Of a stretch of 64,000 nucleotides of DNA, positions 12,389-25,894 are shown piece after piece. Every line of letters begins with the position of its first letter. The first letter of the stretch is position 1. Made by a program: the position numbers and the translations under genes. The notes below the pieces were generated by a model. It had not been told where the DNA came from. It saw nothing but the letters and a program-made list of their open reading frames with translations, and made no database searches. This stretch comes from Marsupella aquatica (taxonomy: Eukaryota > Plantae > Marchantiophyta), in assembly GCA_973895155.1 (NCBI GenBank), contig OZ316895.1, positions 16,222,070 to 16,286,069 of the forward strand, read 5' to 3'.

Positions 12389-12395
12389 GGGGGGG
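12389..12395 (+). promoter_or_regulatory. Putative polypurine tract (G7) abutting segment B
   Basis: GGGGGGG lies directly before ATACAGAGG, the first bases of B. The same arrangement is at 48263-48269, and GGGAGG precedes B in the 27.3-28.7 kb copy. Confidence 0.65.
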
Positions 12396-12571
12396 ATACA
12401 GAGGTTTACACCTCCACTACGTACATACCACCTCAGTTGCTTTTTCTTGGCACTTGTGAATGTGATTGAACTTTTTCTATGCATGTTGGTTGCTAGCAGC
12501 TTGCACATATGCATTGCCGGTGACTTGTATGTTTTCGATACACTATGGCTACGATACTATATGTCACGACA
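12396..12571 (+). repeat. Terminal segment B (176 bp) of copy 1
   Basis: Same length and near-identical sequence to 48270-48445 and 48806-48981. Confidence 0.9.
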
Positions 12572-14639
12572 TCTCCCACTTAGCCAATGCCACTGCTTTT
12601 TGCTCAGACTGCTCCAGAAATGTTTTGCACCAACCCAAAATTTTGCAACCATCCAAGCCTCCTAAACCCTGCCAAAAGCCCATTCAAAATGTCAGTAGGA
12701 AGAACTCAGCTGCCAACCAAAGAGAATAAGTTGAAGGTCATCTTGACCGCTAAAGCCTGAGACTAAAATTAAGGCGCTGCAATTTAAAGTAAATTGTCTC
12801 AGTCCATAAGAATGAAACAGAGCAGCTGGTTAATCTCGAGGAGGGATTATCCAAATTGCCGAAAGAATCATGGAGGGAAGAACTGGGTAAACCAAGTGCA
12901 AGTGAAGTTTTCAGCACCTTAATAATTTTTTCTCAAGGATATTGAATGCAGATCAATCAAGCTACCATATTTGAGGCATTGGACCACATGAGAGAACTGA
13001 AAAATTTAGAGACAGTTTGCAAATTGAGAAAAATATGAAATTCCTGTGCTTAAACAACAAATATTTGTAAATTGATAGTTGGAGATGCTAGTAGACAAAT
13101 GAAGACCTTAAACAACTCTTGCCTCAATGCCTCGATGTTGAATACCAACCTAAACACTAAACACTTGCTTGGGGAAACAAATCCAGAGGAATGCCCGAAG
13201 TGTGAAAGACCACACAAGCCAAGTGAACAACAGAAGCAAACCAAGGCCATCCCAAAGATACAAGACACGGCTAAGAATCCAACTGACAAGTGTATGCTAA
13301 ATTCAACTCAATAGTTTGGAAGCTTAAGACCATTGTTGTGGAAAGAGAAGAAATCGGGAGGACCGTTCACCCCTTCTACATGTTTAGGTTTTGGTTTCAT
13401 TTCATGCTCCTGCTTTGTTTGGTGATTGATCTTCATCCACTCCCAGCCTCAGCTATTTTGGGTGATCTTGGAGCCCCCTGGGATTTTGGGCACTATGGCT
13501 TTTGGTTGAAGTGTGCCTTGGCCCTTTGGGTCTGTTTTGTCGTTGCCCCCATTGGTCTTTACTGCGGTGGTCCTTTCAAATCCATTGGCGCACTGTTGCT
13601 TTCCTATTTCTTTTAAAAGGATTGTAATTAAAATAAAGGGAAGGAACGGTTCGTTGGTCCACGCATGTCCCAAGGGGGTGCAAACAGAAAATAAAATGTT
13701 TGAAGTACACGGGTCGGGGTATCTTTGAACTGGTGTGGGGGAAACTTTTCTTTTTAACTAATGTTAGTTTTAATTTTCTGGGAAACTTGAATACCCGTTA
13801 TTAAAGTAAGTACGCATGTGTAAGCGTGTGCTTTCTACAATGTACTGAATGGCTGCGTTCCACTTTTCGCTTCCCTTTTTGTTCGCTTTCTCCCCTGTCT
13901 TATTAATCGTAACGACCAGAATAACTTTATCAAAGGAATTAGAATTTGAAATCCATCTGTTAGCTTAATAAAGAGGCACACGTTTCCACTGGAAGTGCAA
14001 TGCCGCGCTTTTTATGTAAAAAAGGAGTATGCAAAGATACCCTTCATTCCCGTCCAGGTAAAAGAGGTGAAGTAAAGTTAAATACAGACGCTCTTACCAG
14101 CTCATCTCATCAGTCGATTATTCAGAGCAACTACCTGCAAAGTTACTCAGAGTTGTCAGGTTGTAAAGTTCCAAAAAATAATATCATCAATCATGTGTGT
14201 CTGGCTTGGGCTCGTAGCCAATCTACTGGTTTAATTGTGATTGCTGATGACAGTAATGATGTGGACAACGGGTTCCAAGAGCGTTGGCAAAAACACCCTT
14301 ACAATAGTGAGATTCTCTTAAGAATTTCTGGGATGGTTTACTATTACAATGAAAAATGGAAGGCTTTCTGGGTTATAGTTAGGTGTGCATATTGAGTTGA
14401 GCTCAGCAACCAAGGTGTAGGTAGTCATACTTTGAATATGAAGTCCCTAAGGTGAAAGACGAGGATGATAGATGGAGGAGGTTCAACTTACCGTGTTGTC
14501 CTTCCTGTCAAGACTTGATGGTGGATGGTAAGGAGTTCAGATGTTTCTAACTTTCATACATGCTCATGCCACTTCATGGTAAGTGATGATGCTGTCAAAG
14601 ACTATCCCACATGTAGGGATACTCTCTTATTTTAGGCCA

Positions 14640-15510
14640 TGCCTCGATACATTGTTGTAAGTGCCACTCTCTCTGCATGACAGCAAAGAAACCACGCATT
14701 TTGGCTCTTGGTTTGAGTTTAGTTTGCCCAAGTTAGGGCCATAGTTGAGTTGGTATTCTAGCTTGCAAGATGAACTGGGTCTTCTTGAAGCAAAGCCGTT
14801 GTTAAGGGCACCTTTGGCATCATCCTCTATTTAGGTCTGACTGGGCCCATTGTCACTTAGTTTTCTTGAATTATTGTTGAGGCATAGCTCGCCACTTGGT
14901 AGATGGATTTTTAGACAGTGATTTGTTGGATACTCTCTTACATTCCAATTTTAGTACTCATTTTCTTCTATGGCCCTGCGTTTGCCCATTTGCATCCTTT
15001 GTGCCTTCGTCACCCACAACCATGGCCATCCCCTTTGGGCTTTTAGTATGTTTAGTGGCCTCCTGCACTTCCTCCACAAGTTTCTGTTTGTTTCTAGCCG
15101 TGACAACACCTGCAGGTTTTCATCCATTTTCAGGCCTGTAGCTCCTCCTTTTCCTGCACTTTCCAGCTGTGCACATATATGCACTTTGGGGACAGTCAAC
15201 AACGTGATGGGCCTTTTCTGGTCCATATTTTTCACAAGGAAATAAGGGCTGAGCACTGTTTGCCTCACTTTACTCAACCTTTTTGGCTCTCGCACCTGTG
15301 TACACGAAGCAATGGGGCCATTTTTATGCCTGTCCCCATGTTTTGTAGGATGTCTCAACATGCATCATTATCTAGTTCCTCTACTTAGGTTTGGCTATTT
15401 GGGTAGGCACCCACTTCTACCTTCTCCTATAGCCGTCCATCATTATCTAGTTCCTCTCCTTAGGTTTGGCTATTTGGGTAGGCACCCACTTCTACCTTCT
15501 TCTAGCCGTC
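14640..15510 (+). mobile_element. Old relic related to the DNMT/PHD retroelement family
   Basis: A-like pieces (AGTTAGGGCC, CTTCTTGAAGCAAAGCC, TAGTTTTCTTGAATTATT) and an integrase piece (GTAGGATGTCTCAACATGCATCATTATCTA…TTTGGGTAGGCACCCA, cf. RMSRHASLS…FGRHP). Contains a 75-bp tandem duplication at 15363-15510. Boundaries are approximate. Confidence 0.55.
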
Positions 15511-16129
15511 GTGACTAATAATAGAACCTAGCCAGTATATCAAAGTCATGTAACTCATCAGTAGTCAACTTGCACACAATCTCACTGAAAACTTACATAC
15601 TAGCATAAATAGGTGTGTTGAGCCAGGTGTCACATGATACACCAAAAAAGTAAATATATGCAATCTATATAACTAGAGAAAGCTAGATTTGGGGTTAGGC
15701 TTTTAGAGTGACTACTCTAGAGGGTGACTGTAGGGCCCCGCCAAACCAAAATTTATGTGGATAGAAAGAAGGATGAGATGTTATGTATGTGTAAATAATA
15801 TTAGTTGTCCCAGCATGAGTGACCAGTGGTAGCAGTCTTCATTGCCGAGTGCGATTATGAGTTTAAGTTTTATAAGTATATTTTGCATAAACAGCCATCC
15901 CAAAGTTCAACAAAGCCTTTTGCCCACAAAGTACTTTACACTTAAATTAATGTGTATCAACCAAATGGAGATGGGCAGGCCCAAGGGTTTATAAGTGGGT
16001 TCCAGGAACTAAAGCGAATACTCAGAAAATCTCACCAAGTATAGTGAATATTTTTGTTTTCTGTCACACCAATGCTTTTTGAAGGTTTGTGCATAAATTC
16101 AAAGAGCTGATGCTGTCTCGTTAAGGAAG

Positions 16130-16460
16130 TAGCTTGAAATTGATACCAGAGTCATAGCTCACATTATTCTGGGTTGTGATACTCGCTCGTTAATGCTAAA
16201 GCTTGAACTTGATACTAAAGTCACACCAAATATTATTATGGGTTGTGATGCTGTTCCGTTGATGTTAAAGCTTGAAATTGATACCAGAGTCACACCAAAC
16301 ATTACGGGTACTCTGGGGTGTGGTCCTGGCTCGTTAATGCTACAGTTTGGAAGTTGGAACTGATACCAGAGTCACACCAAATATCATTCTCGGTTGTGCA
16401 TAAACTCGAAGAGCTGATACTGGCTCTTCAATTAATGCTAAAGCTTGAACTTGATACCAG
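16130..16460. repeat. Degenerate tandem repeat, ~70-80-bp unit
   Basis: Recurring core GCTTGAA(A/C)TTGATACCAGAGTCACACCAAA, about 5 copies. Confidence 0.7.
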
Positions 16461-17230
16461 CCAATCAGTTAACCTCGCCCTCTGCAGCTCAGCAGCTGAA
16501 CTTAGCGATCAATGACCGTTTTGTAATAACCACACAGTATCAACAAATAAGTACACTGAATCAACATGAGCTGGTCTAGCTTGCAAGCGTGCGGCCAGGT
16601 ACAGGACAGCATTGAGTCCAGTACTGGCACTGATACTGGACTGTACTTTACTGTACTTTGTCCGAGTGAATGACTGAAGAACTCAACATCTTGGAGTCTA
16701 CCTAAATCTCTGGTACAGCACAAGAGAGCGAAAGTGAGGTCACTGTGTTAAGGGTACGTACGGCCGTAGGAACCTGTCATGGATCTCTCATCTCTCTCTC
16801 TTCCTTCGTGCAGTACAGTGCATTGTAATAATTAATGGGTACAGGCTTCCCATTTGACCTGCTCCTCTGTTGTTCTCCGTGATCAATCTTCGCAATCCAC
16901 TTTTAAAAAATGCTGGGAAAAATGCTGGATCTACATTGTACTAATTGATGGGTACAGGGCTACAGGCTTCCCATTTGACCTGCTCCTGTGTTGTTCTGCG
17001 TGACCAATCTTTGCAAATTGCAATCCAATTTTTAAAACATGGTGAATCTATTGAATGGTGGCAATAATTATTATGGTAACTGGGGTCTGGTCACTTCTGC
17101 AGAGTTCTGCCCTGTCCCCGCTGGAAACTGTAGGGCACTCTGCGCCCAATTCTAGGACTGCATTGTTGTGGTTGGACCCTTTGCTTAGTTCTGCAGCAGC
17201 CAGCATGATAGGAAATCATGCCCAAAAGCT

Positions 17231-17430
17231 CAGCCTCTGCAGCAGCCGAACAAATCGTGTACCGGTATCGATCAGTCTCTCATGCAACTCACCAGTCATA
17301 GGGACGCCTGCAGCAGCAGGAAGCTCATCACTCGTCGCCCCAGCCTCTGCAGCAGCCGAACAAAATGTACCGGTATCGATCAGTGTCGCATGCAACTCAC
17401 CAGTCATTATAGGGGACGCCTGCAGAAAGC
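17231..17430. repeat. Local tandem duplication, ~110 bp
   Basis: CAGCCTCTGCAGCAGCCGAACAAA…GTACCGGTATCGATCAGT…CATGCAACTCACCAGTCAT starts at 17231 and again at 17341. Confidence 0.8.
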
Positions 17431-19210
17431 TCATCTACTGTCTCCCACGAGTCCCATGGGAGCTCAGAATATACTCCGTAAAGTTCGTGCAATTATGTCA
17501 CACACGGTGCAAAGACGCACCTAAAAAGCACTTGAACTAAATCAGAATTGGATTATCTGTAACACCACCGGACAAACGAAAGGGATAAGGGATAAGATTT
17601 TCTGCCGATGAGCTTCATTTGAGCAGATGAGAGCGGTGGAAGACCACAAATCGTCCAATGAATGACCTCAGGTCCTCAACAAATCAGATCTTCCAGAGAC
17701 GCCGCAGAAAGAAAGTAATTAAGCTGTAGGAATGCACAATCATGAACTTTTCTGACCTAAAAGTGGAGTGAGGACAGCTCTGAAAGCGCATAGAGCCGAG
17801 AGACCAAGTCTGTCCACTATTTTGCGGCGGCCAATGACGCTCACTCAGAAGAAGAGGCGGCAACCATATAGGGTAAGGCATTGGATCTTGGATAATTAAT
17901 TGGAACTTGGAAGGGACCTCTTGCATTTGGTTGGACGAGAGGAGGACTGAGTAGTTGGCCCCTCCATGTTCCCAGGTCGACGTTTATGACATCCTTAAAT
18001 TAGTGAGCAATGGCTATCTGTACTCCGTACTCTTTCGTGTTACGTCCTTCTTTTGTTGGCCATGAGCGGATGCTGTGGGATCACCCTGAGCTCGTCAAAG
18101 CTTGGCCAATGTCTCATCCACAACCTTCGACAGCACTACAGTGAGCTAGGCTCCTCACACGAACCTGGGCCAGTCTTCGGAGTCAGGTTGAGGATAGGGA
18201 CAGTGTTCAGCGACCTAAGAACTGACGGTGCCATAGCTTTCCAGCTTCTCTCGATAACTGGGAAAAACAAATGCCAGTTGCATTCCACGTAGAAATGATG
18301 AATGCACGTCAAGTCATCATCAGTCTCCCAGAGTCCCAGGCAACTAGGCAAGCATGTCACCAACTGCTTATCTGAACTTAATGAAGCTGTGCATCAATGA
18401 GGATTTTACTTGTATCAAATTGCAGCCCATTAGGTTGTCTCCAACCTCAAAATTGTAGGGACCTTAGCTTAGCCCTCAAGGGTACCCAATTGAAAAGTTA
18501 TGGACTACCAATTCATGATCCGTAATTTTTTGCTTGCCATTGAGTTTGGCCATATAGCATGCATTTTTTGCTTGCCATTGAGGTTGGCCATATAGCATGC
18601 TGCATGCTCATCCTGGAACATGCTTGCTTAATTAGTGATTCTCTTCCAACCTAGAGATAGAATACTTTTTCACTTTAAAAAAGACAACATTAACTATTGT
18701 ACACTGTATTTAACTATTGCACTGTGGGTACAATATTAATTGAAAGAGAAATACATGAATTTTTAACCTTTAATTTTGAGCTTTACTTTTCAGGACTGAT
18801 TCAGGTGACACTTATTGATGTATAACTGTTGAGTTCCAGTTACCCGGTGGAGCCTGGTGGAGAGTCTCTCCTTCTCAGAAATAAGGCCCAATTGAGCAGA
18901 GCAAAGTAGAGTCATAAAATGATCAACATTTACTCTACGAGTACCTGATTGAAACTAAGACATTTAAAAAATTAAGGGGGTTAGAAGAAATTACTAAATT
19001 TGAAATAATACAAAACAAAAGCCTAGACTAGGTCAAATGCATATAAAAATACATGACAAGCAACATGAGTAAGACAAGACAACCAAAAGGTGTTTCGCCA
19101 TTGAGGTTGGTCATATGCCATGTATGTGCCCCTCACTATAGAGGCTAATGAAAAAAAAACAAAAGTTTTGAATACACCCTGTGAAATCCTAGGGCCAATA
19201 TTTTAAATAC

Positions 19211-19541
19211 TGTTGAACTAAGATGTCATTCGCAACGACCATACAACCATGACTCATTCCATGCACACGTAGTCGACAAAATCTCTACGTGGTTCACCTC
19301 TTCTCCAAGGCTACGTCCACACGAACACTCAAGCTTTACTTCAAGAGTAGACGAACACACATTCCTCCCTCTTCCTCAAGTTTCTCCGTTACAATGAGTA
19401 AGCATCACATACTAGTGGCTTACACTAGCCCTGGTATATACAAGGTCACACACGACTAACCTAACCTCAGCTAAGACCCTAACTGTGGTTAGCCTAAGTG
19501 CCGTAATCTTTGAGTCACAAGACTAAGAGCAATCCTTAACA
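19211..19541. mobile_element. Solo LTR (Copia-related), 331 bp
   Basis: TGTTGA…TTAACA ends and an AATAC 5-bp TSD. Shares GTAGTCGAC…ACGTGGTTCACCTC…GGCTACGTCCAC with the Copia LTRs at 32103 and 37942. Confidence 0.85.
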
Positions 19542-20150
19542 AATACACCCTGTGAAAGCCATCAGCCATATCTATGAAGCATTGAGACTCCCTATTGTTA
19601 CCAGGTAGACCAAACTCAATTCTAGGCTAATCACGAGCATGCCCACTCCCAACCGTAGTGTTGAAATAAATATTATACTAAGTAGGCAAACTAGGAACCA
19701 GACATTAACCAAGCGAGAGATCAATCCAGTAGGGCAAGCATGTGCAAAGGTGCCCACTGCCTGACCATAGTATTGAAATGAACATTATACTAGGCATGAT
19801 AGGAACCAAAGGGTAACCAAAGCATGGATCAATGAGAGACCAATCAAATAGGCAAGCGGGTGTAAAGGTTGAATCCTTCTAAAGACTTTACTTCATCCCA
19901 CCCAAAAGTGGGTTCACAAAAATTTTAGACACTTAGAAAACATGACCATAGTTTATGCATCAGACAAAGGGGCAACCTGGAATGAGTGCTTAGGGCTCAT
20001 TAAAGCCTTTGACCTGAATAAATTTCATATGGAAGTTAGTAAATTTGGTGGGCACATGTGTAGCCAGGGGTACTGCCTTATGCTTAAATCCTATACAATT
20101 TTGGTATTCTGTTTGATAGTATAAACAAAGCATAGTGTGTCAGGCATCTA

Positions 20151-20682
20151 CCAAGAAAAGACTTAACAGGATCTCTCTAGCATCTCTTGGACTTAACAGT
20201 CCAGCAAGATGCCATGAAGACTTAATAGGACTCCTTAACAGGACCTCTATGACTGCCAATCTTGCCCAGGTCTTGATGGCATTTTACTCACAAGGGTCCG
20301 GTTAAGTCCAAAAGATGTGTTAAGGATTCCTCTTAGTCCTGTGACTCATAGGTTATGGCGTTTAGGCTAACCACAGTTAAGGACTTAGCTGAGGTTAGGT
20401 TAGTCGTGTATGACCTTGCATATACTAGAGCTAGTGTAAGTCGTTGGTAGGTGGTGCTTGCTCATTGTAACGGAGCAACTTGAGGAAGAGAGAGAGCTTT
20501 GTGTGCGACTATTCTGAAGTAAAGTTGTTGTGTTCATGTGGACGTAGCCTTGGAGAAGAGGTGAACCACGTATGGATTGTGTCGACTACATGAGCATGGT
20601 ATGAGTCATGATCGTATCGTCATGAAGGAAGACGTCATAGTTCAACAAGATGCCAGAGGGGTCTTGTTAAGTCTTTTCTTGG
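20151..20682. mobile_element. MITE-like element with ~35-bp TIRs, interrupted by a solo LTR
   Basis: CCAAGAAAAGACTTAACAGGATCTCTCTAGCATCT (20151) versus AGATGCCAGAGGGGTCTTGTTAAGTCTTTTCTTGG (20648-20682), with internal GACTTAACAG repeats. TSD unclear. Confidence 0.6.
20318..20647. mobile_element. Solo LTR, same family as 19211-19541, opposite orientation (330 bp)
   Basis: TGTTAA…TCAACA ends and an AGATG 5-bp TSD. Reverse-complement match to 19211-19541. Confidence 0.85.
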
Positions 20683-23600
20683 GCATTTACTTGTAGTTCT
20701 AAAGTTACTATATACCTGCAGTTAGTCTAACAATATTCAGCCTGGTTAAAGTAAGAATTGTTAGGGTAGGTTCCCACCAAGTGTTAGGGATTGTTAGAGT
20801 GACTAGGAGTTAGCTATCATGAATTATAGAAAGCTATCTTTACAAAAGTTACCTATTCCTGAAGTGTATTTTTGGTCTAACTTGGCTACGAGTCTCTAGA
20901 TCAATTTTTGTTGTCCTTAACATGAGGTGAAAAGTATCAACATTTACCGTCATTTCAGCGGGATTTATTCCGTGCTCACTCTCCTGCCTATCTCGTTTTG
21001 TACCCCTACACTGATGGCCTCCAAGAGAATTGGTAACCCTGTCCCCCCCCCCCTCCCCGCATGGTCTTTGATAGAGTAGAGACTGTACTGAGACTGAGAC
21101 TGACAGTCATCATTGATCTGAACTTTCACGAGTGAGAGAGATTACTCGTCTCGACAGTTAAATTACAGCAGCCTCATTAAGTCCTGGGTTGACTCCCTGT
21201 TTAATTTAAGTCCAATCACAAAATGACTTGACCTTCCTCTACTCCAAACGTATTTAATGAAAGGAGTCATATAGAGTCCTTCTCCAGGGCAGAGAAGAGA
21301 CTTCATGATTCATGATTGCAACATTGAGAATTTATGTTGGCAGAGGATTTAGGAACACTAGAAGAAAATGCTCCATTTTGAGACCCTCCCCTATGTTACT
21401 TGTGCGAGACCTTCAGAAATATGTGACTCCAAGTTTGTGGGTGTCATGTTAGTTACATCATACCAATTGATTTCTGGTGAGGTTGTAGGAAGTCATGCTT
21501 GCAACTTTTGGGAAAGTCACAATTGTAACACTGGTAAGTCAGAAATAGGTAAGTTATATCAGTTACTCCACAATAGTGGAATATGAATTAGAGCACAAGT
21601 TACACTGCAATGAGACCTCGCGCTGAACATACAAGTTTCACTATATGATATTTGGTCCCCAACTATAGTATAGTGATAGCACTTTTTGCCATCTTCAATT
21701 ACCAGTGTGACACACTTATATATACAATGTAAGTTTGGCCCATATTAAATAATAATCTCGGCCCGCATCCAAAATCCAACCCATACATATTGTGTATATA
21801 TGATTGACAAAATGTGGGTGTGAGGATTGGAGGTGGGTGTGGTCGCAAGTCGAGTGCCATGTCACTGGTCGTTGTATATATTGAAGGCATCATACAAAAC
21901 TCTAGACACACAAAATTCACTTCACCCACTACCATCATTTAAAAAAATTTCAGCATACCCCAGTAGCCAATATCGGATGACTATCCCTAATTCAGGTTGA
22001 ATAAGTCCAAAATTTGATAGTAGGACAGCTGCAATCAAACAATGGCCCAAAGCCAAGGTACTGACATACTGCTTTCTTGCTCCGGTATGTTATCGCTCCA
22101 TTTGAGTGTTGGATTCATCGCTAGTCTCGAGTGCAATTTCCTTACCACTACATGCATTCCTTTAGAAACATAGCTTTCACCTGTTTTTGTACTCTTGCAT
22201 ATAGCATGTTCATCCTAATACATGCCTATTTTCACTTATCCAAAAGAAAATTGAAACAACCATTATAAGAGTTCATGTGAGGAGACATGTTAATTTGACT
22301 AGTTTATGAAAAACAAATATTGAAATAATTACTAAAAAAACGTTCATGGAAAACCTGCACCCATTTTTAAAAGTGAAAAATAGTACAATATTTAATGGGT
22401 GAGACAAGTTCATTAATTTGAAGGTACTAGTCAATGTACCTGTACAGGTAAGTACTTTATGATTCAAAGAAGAGTGTGTTAACTTTGTTTTTTTTAATAA
22501 TTTTCTGCTCTATTTGGTGAGGCTCTTTATTTAGGTGACACATGTTGATCAATAAACCATGAACATTGTAAACTTTATAACCAATGGCATTTGAGCTGCA
22601 TTGAATACTAGTTGCTTGGTTGAAGTGTCTAACCTTCCTCTGCAAGCAAGGAAAAATGCTATAAAGAACAGGGAACCTAATCAAAACTAACTGAATCAAA
22701 AAACTTAAAGGGGCTGCCAAAAATGATTAAATTCTAAACAGTACATGGATAAAGCCTGGATTAGGCCAGATTAACATAAAATAGATTGTAAGCAATTTGA
22801 ATGAGACAAGGTAAACAAAGAGTGTCCCACCACATAGCCGTTTTATTTTCCCCTACCTTGAAATCGCTGCCCCTTTAATTTATACTTCGTTGTTTAGTAT
22901 TGCTAACATTGTTGTGTTGCGTATTTCAATACTGTGGTTGTCTTTGGATTTTGGCGCGTTCACTTCATGCCTAGTCTGAACTCTGCTTACTTCTTCTTTA
23001 TTGTTCAGAGTAAATTCCTCCTGTCCATCTTGTTTTTGTGGTGTGTCGTTGTAATAATTCCATGATACACACATAAGAGTTAGGACAGGGCGCCTTGTTT
23101 GGAATGTCGCCACAAAATTTCCTTAACAATGAGACCAAACATGGTTGGAATTGAAAAAGTATGCATTCTCAATTCGGGAGTAATTTGTGTTAGCCGTAGA
23201 GTATCAGTTTTGTCCACATCATGGCACAATAGTTTGTTTAGGAATGTACTGTGCTACCTTAGGGTGTTCTTGTAGCTGGCTTTTTGCATGCATGTTCTTT
23301 TTTGGTTCCTTGTGCTTTAACTCTTTGACTTGGTGGAGCCTATTGGGACCCTTTTCATTTTCTTAATGTACACTTCCCCATTCATCCGGCCACCATCTGA
23401 TGGGGTGCCAGAAGGTGTATATGACAAAGGGAAAACTAAGTACACAATTCCAATACAGACCTGCGGCAAAGAAATACTTTTGCATCCTTTTGGGTTTGTT
23501 GTATCCGTCCATGGTCATGCTTGAAGCACAGCAATCTGGGACACTTCTGGAACTTTCAGCTCAAACCCAAGGTCATAAATTAGATGTCAAAGGTCGGGCA

Positions 23601-25894
23601 GTCTTTCATATTTGTGTTTTTGGAAACAGTCAATCATTCACAATGTTCTGATAACACTAATAATTCAAGTATGTAGCTAAATGTCTTGCAATGTTTATGA
23701 GTGCTAGCACTACAGCTAGAATGTTGTCTAGTGAATGAAAATGTCACTCACCCAAAAACTGCCTTTCACACTAATTACTGATTGAAAGTCACATTTGCTA
23801 CCTTCCACTACTTGCGTAGTCATGGTTACAACATCTGCAAACTCCACTTCAAATCTCTTAGTTACAAAGATGACTATGTTGAGGCCCAGAGGTTTTTTTT
23901 CCAACTTGGCACAGTTGTAAAGGCTGTCTATGTTGTGACAATACATATCCCACAGCTGTTGTTGATAACTGAGGTGAGCTTTTGATAGCTGGCAATAACC
24001 ATCCCATAAAACCAAATCACCCAGAGAATTCCACTTTGCCCTGTCAAATCAATCGCCCCAGCAGTAGCACTTCCAGATATAAGAGATGTTGCTGCCACTT
24101 GCCCTGCTCCAACTCCTCCTCTGCTCACAACAATAGGCTTCGCTTTGACAAACTTTGCACCTTCCATAAACAATTGCAAACTGAACTTTGGGCTGGCATG
24201 AGGTCCCTCAACAGAGATTCCCAGACAACTTGGCCTGGCTACAAATGTTTGCGTCGATGCATATGACAAACCAAATCCAACAAAGCTAAGCAAATCCTCT
24301 TTGCTCGCACCATTTTACTTGCACCTCAGGCAAAACGATGTGATCCCGGCCTCTGACTGTGGGATACAGAAAAAAGTTTAAGTCATACGCTTTTTGGAAC
24401 TTGACTTTCTAGTTAAGTACTCGCACAACAACTGATACGAACTAGTGATTGTTAGTGCTTTTTACTATGAGATTGATGTGATATGGTACCAGAGTCAAGA
24501 TTACCCAAATATAGTGGAAATATTGAAAATTTTAAACTTTTAGACCCTTAAGTATGCACTTGGACAAGTTATTGAATAATTCACAATTCTAAGCCATGCT
24601 TAAGTTGTAACCTTTCCTTGGAAAAGATGTTGAGACAAAAGAAAGGGAAACCTACTTTGGTTTGAAGTTATTTTGAGAAGCAAAGATGAAAAACTTATTC
24701 TCAATTGGGCATTATATAAGTAAATTAGGAGAGTACCACAACCTCTATTTAGATGAAATTTGAAGATCAAGAGGAGCTGGTTGGATCAATAAGCGACGAT
24801 TGCTAGAAGCTCTTTCCTAGGCAGTACTTGAAGAACAAAGCCCACAAGGAAGTTGTAGATTCAGTAGTTAGCTTGATATCCCTTGATTAACTTTGACCCT
24901 AACCCATAGTTATATGAGTTTCCTTTCTTTACACTTGGAAAGTATACTCTTTTGGGTTTGACTACTTTGATTACTCTTCTAAGTGGAGTTGTCACTACTG
25001 TTTACTTTTGAGATTAGTTTTAGATTTTGGGGATGAGGCCCGGGATGAAGAGGCATGTCACTTCATTCACCCTTGCCATTGGGCCATCCTACCTAGAAAT
25101 TAGACTCATAATTATGGAGCCATCTAGGACAGGGAGAGGAAGGTGGACACCTCCAGTCTAAGTCCTGCAGGCACACTTTCTCTTTGAATACTTGCTCACT
25201 CCAAGTGAAGTACACAAAGAAACCATTTACACTTGGAAAAAATCACTAGAGGGAAAGGTGTGTGACCGGGGCAGCACAAGTGGAAGGGGCAGACAGGAAG
25301 TCTCGAGGCTCATCAATCTAGGTATTAATGAGCCTTGAGACTCCCCAAGGTTTCGCATCATTATAACACCTAATCTCCAATTCACAATGATGTCAATACA
25401 CCTTTGAACTTGAATTGAGGCCATACTTGTTGTGCGTTTTGTTTTGGGGTGGGAAAAGATGGTTGCTATCTTACCCCCAACCTCAAAATCAATGGTTGGA
25501 GGTAAGATTCAAATACAGGGGTTGCTGTGCCATGATTCTCACCGCCAACACCCTTGTTTTTGCCGAATTTTAATCATACACTTTACTTACTCCTCACAGT
25601 GTCATTCATTCCATTATGTCAAAGACAGTAAGAGAGGCAAGTAAAGTGTAATTCTAAATTGCTAATATATCTCCATTGTTCTTGAGAGAAGACAGTAAGA
25701 AATGGTCATCCATTGTCTTCCTGGGATGCCATTAATCACTACGGTATACTCTTGAACAACTTATTATCCTATAGACAAGCATAGTGTGTGACTGGTGCCC
25801 ATATTATGCAACTCATGACACAGTGTACCAAAAGGTATCTACTCCACCCAATTTTTGATACCTTTGCATGTTACATGCACTCTAGTCTCTTGAA

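Larger units (their letters stand above)
2925..12571 (+). mobile_element. DNMT/PHD-encoding Gypsy-like retroelement without LTRs, copy 1 (A-internal-B)
   Basis: Starts TGTCATGCCGAGGGAC (2925) and ends ATGTCACGACA (12571). It is flanked by TCTC on both sides (2921-2924, 12572-12575). Termini and coding region are collinear with 38907-48445. The 5' end is not repeated at the 3' end. Confidence 0.93.

Noticed and set aside
5439-12514. Many antisense and alternate-frame ORFs over the retroelements (and over TPS)
   Set aside because: Shadow ORFs of real coding sequence; they recur in copy 2 only because the DNA is duplicated.
12572-13320. A-rich stretch with a CPKCERPH motif, possible Gag or LINE remnant
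   Set aside because: Too degenerate; no second supporting motif.
16130-16460. Repeat-spacer-like pattern resembling a CRISPR array
   Set aside because: Eukaryotic context, degenerate repeats, mutually similar 'spacers' and no cas genes; an ordinary tandem repeat.
22880-24360. Coding-like, Cys-rich minus-strand sequence (possible transposase or SWIM relic)
   Set aside because: No frame gave a convincing motif by eye; needs a translated search.
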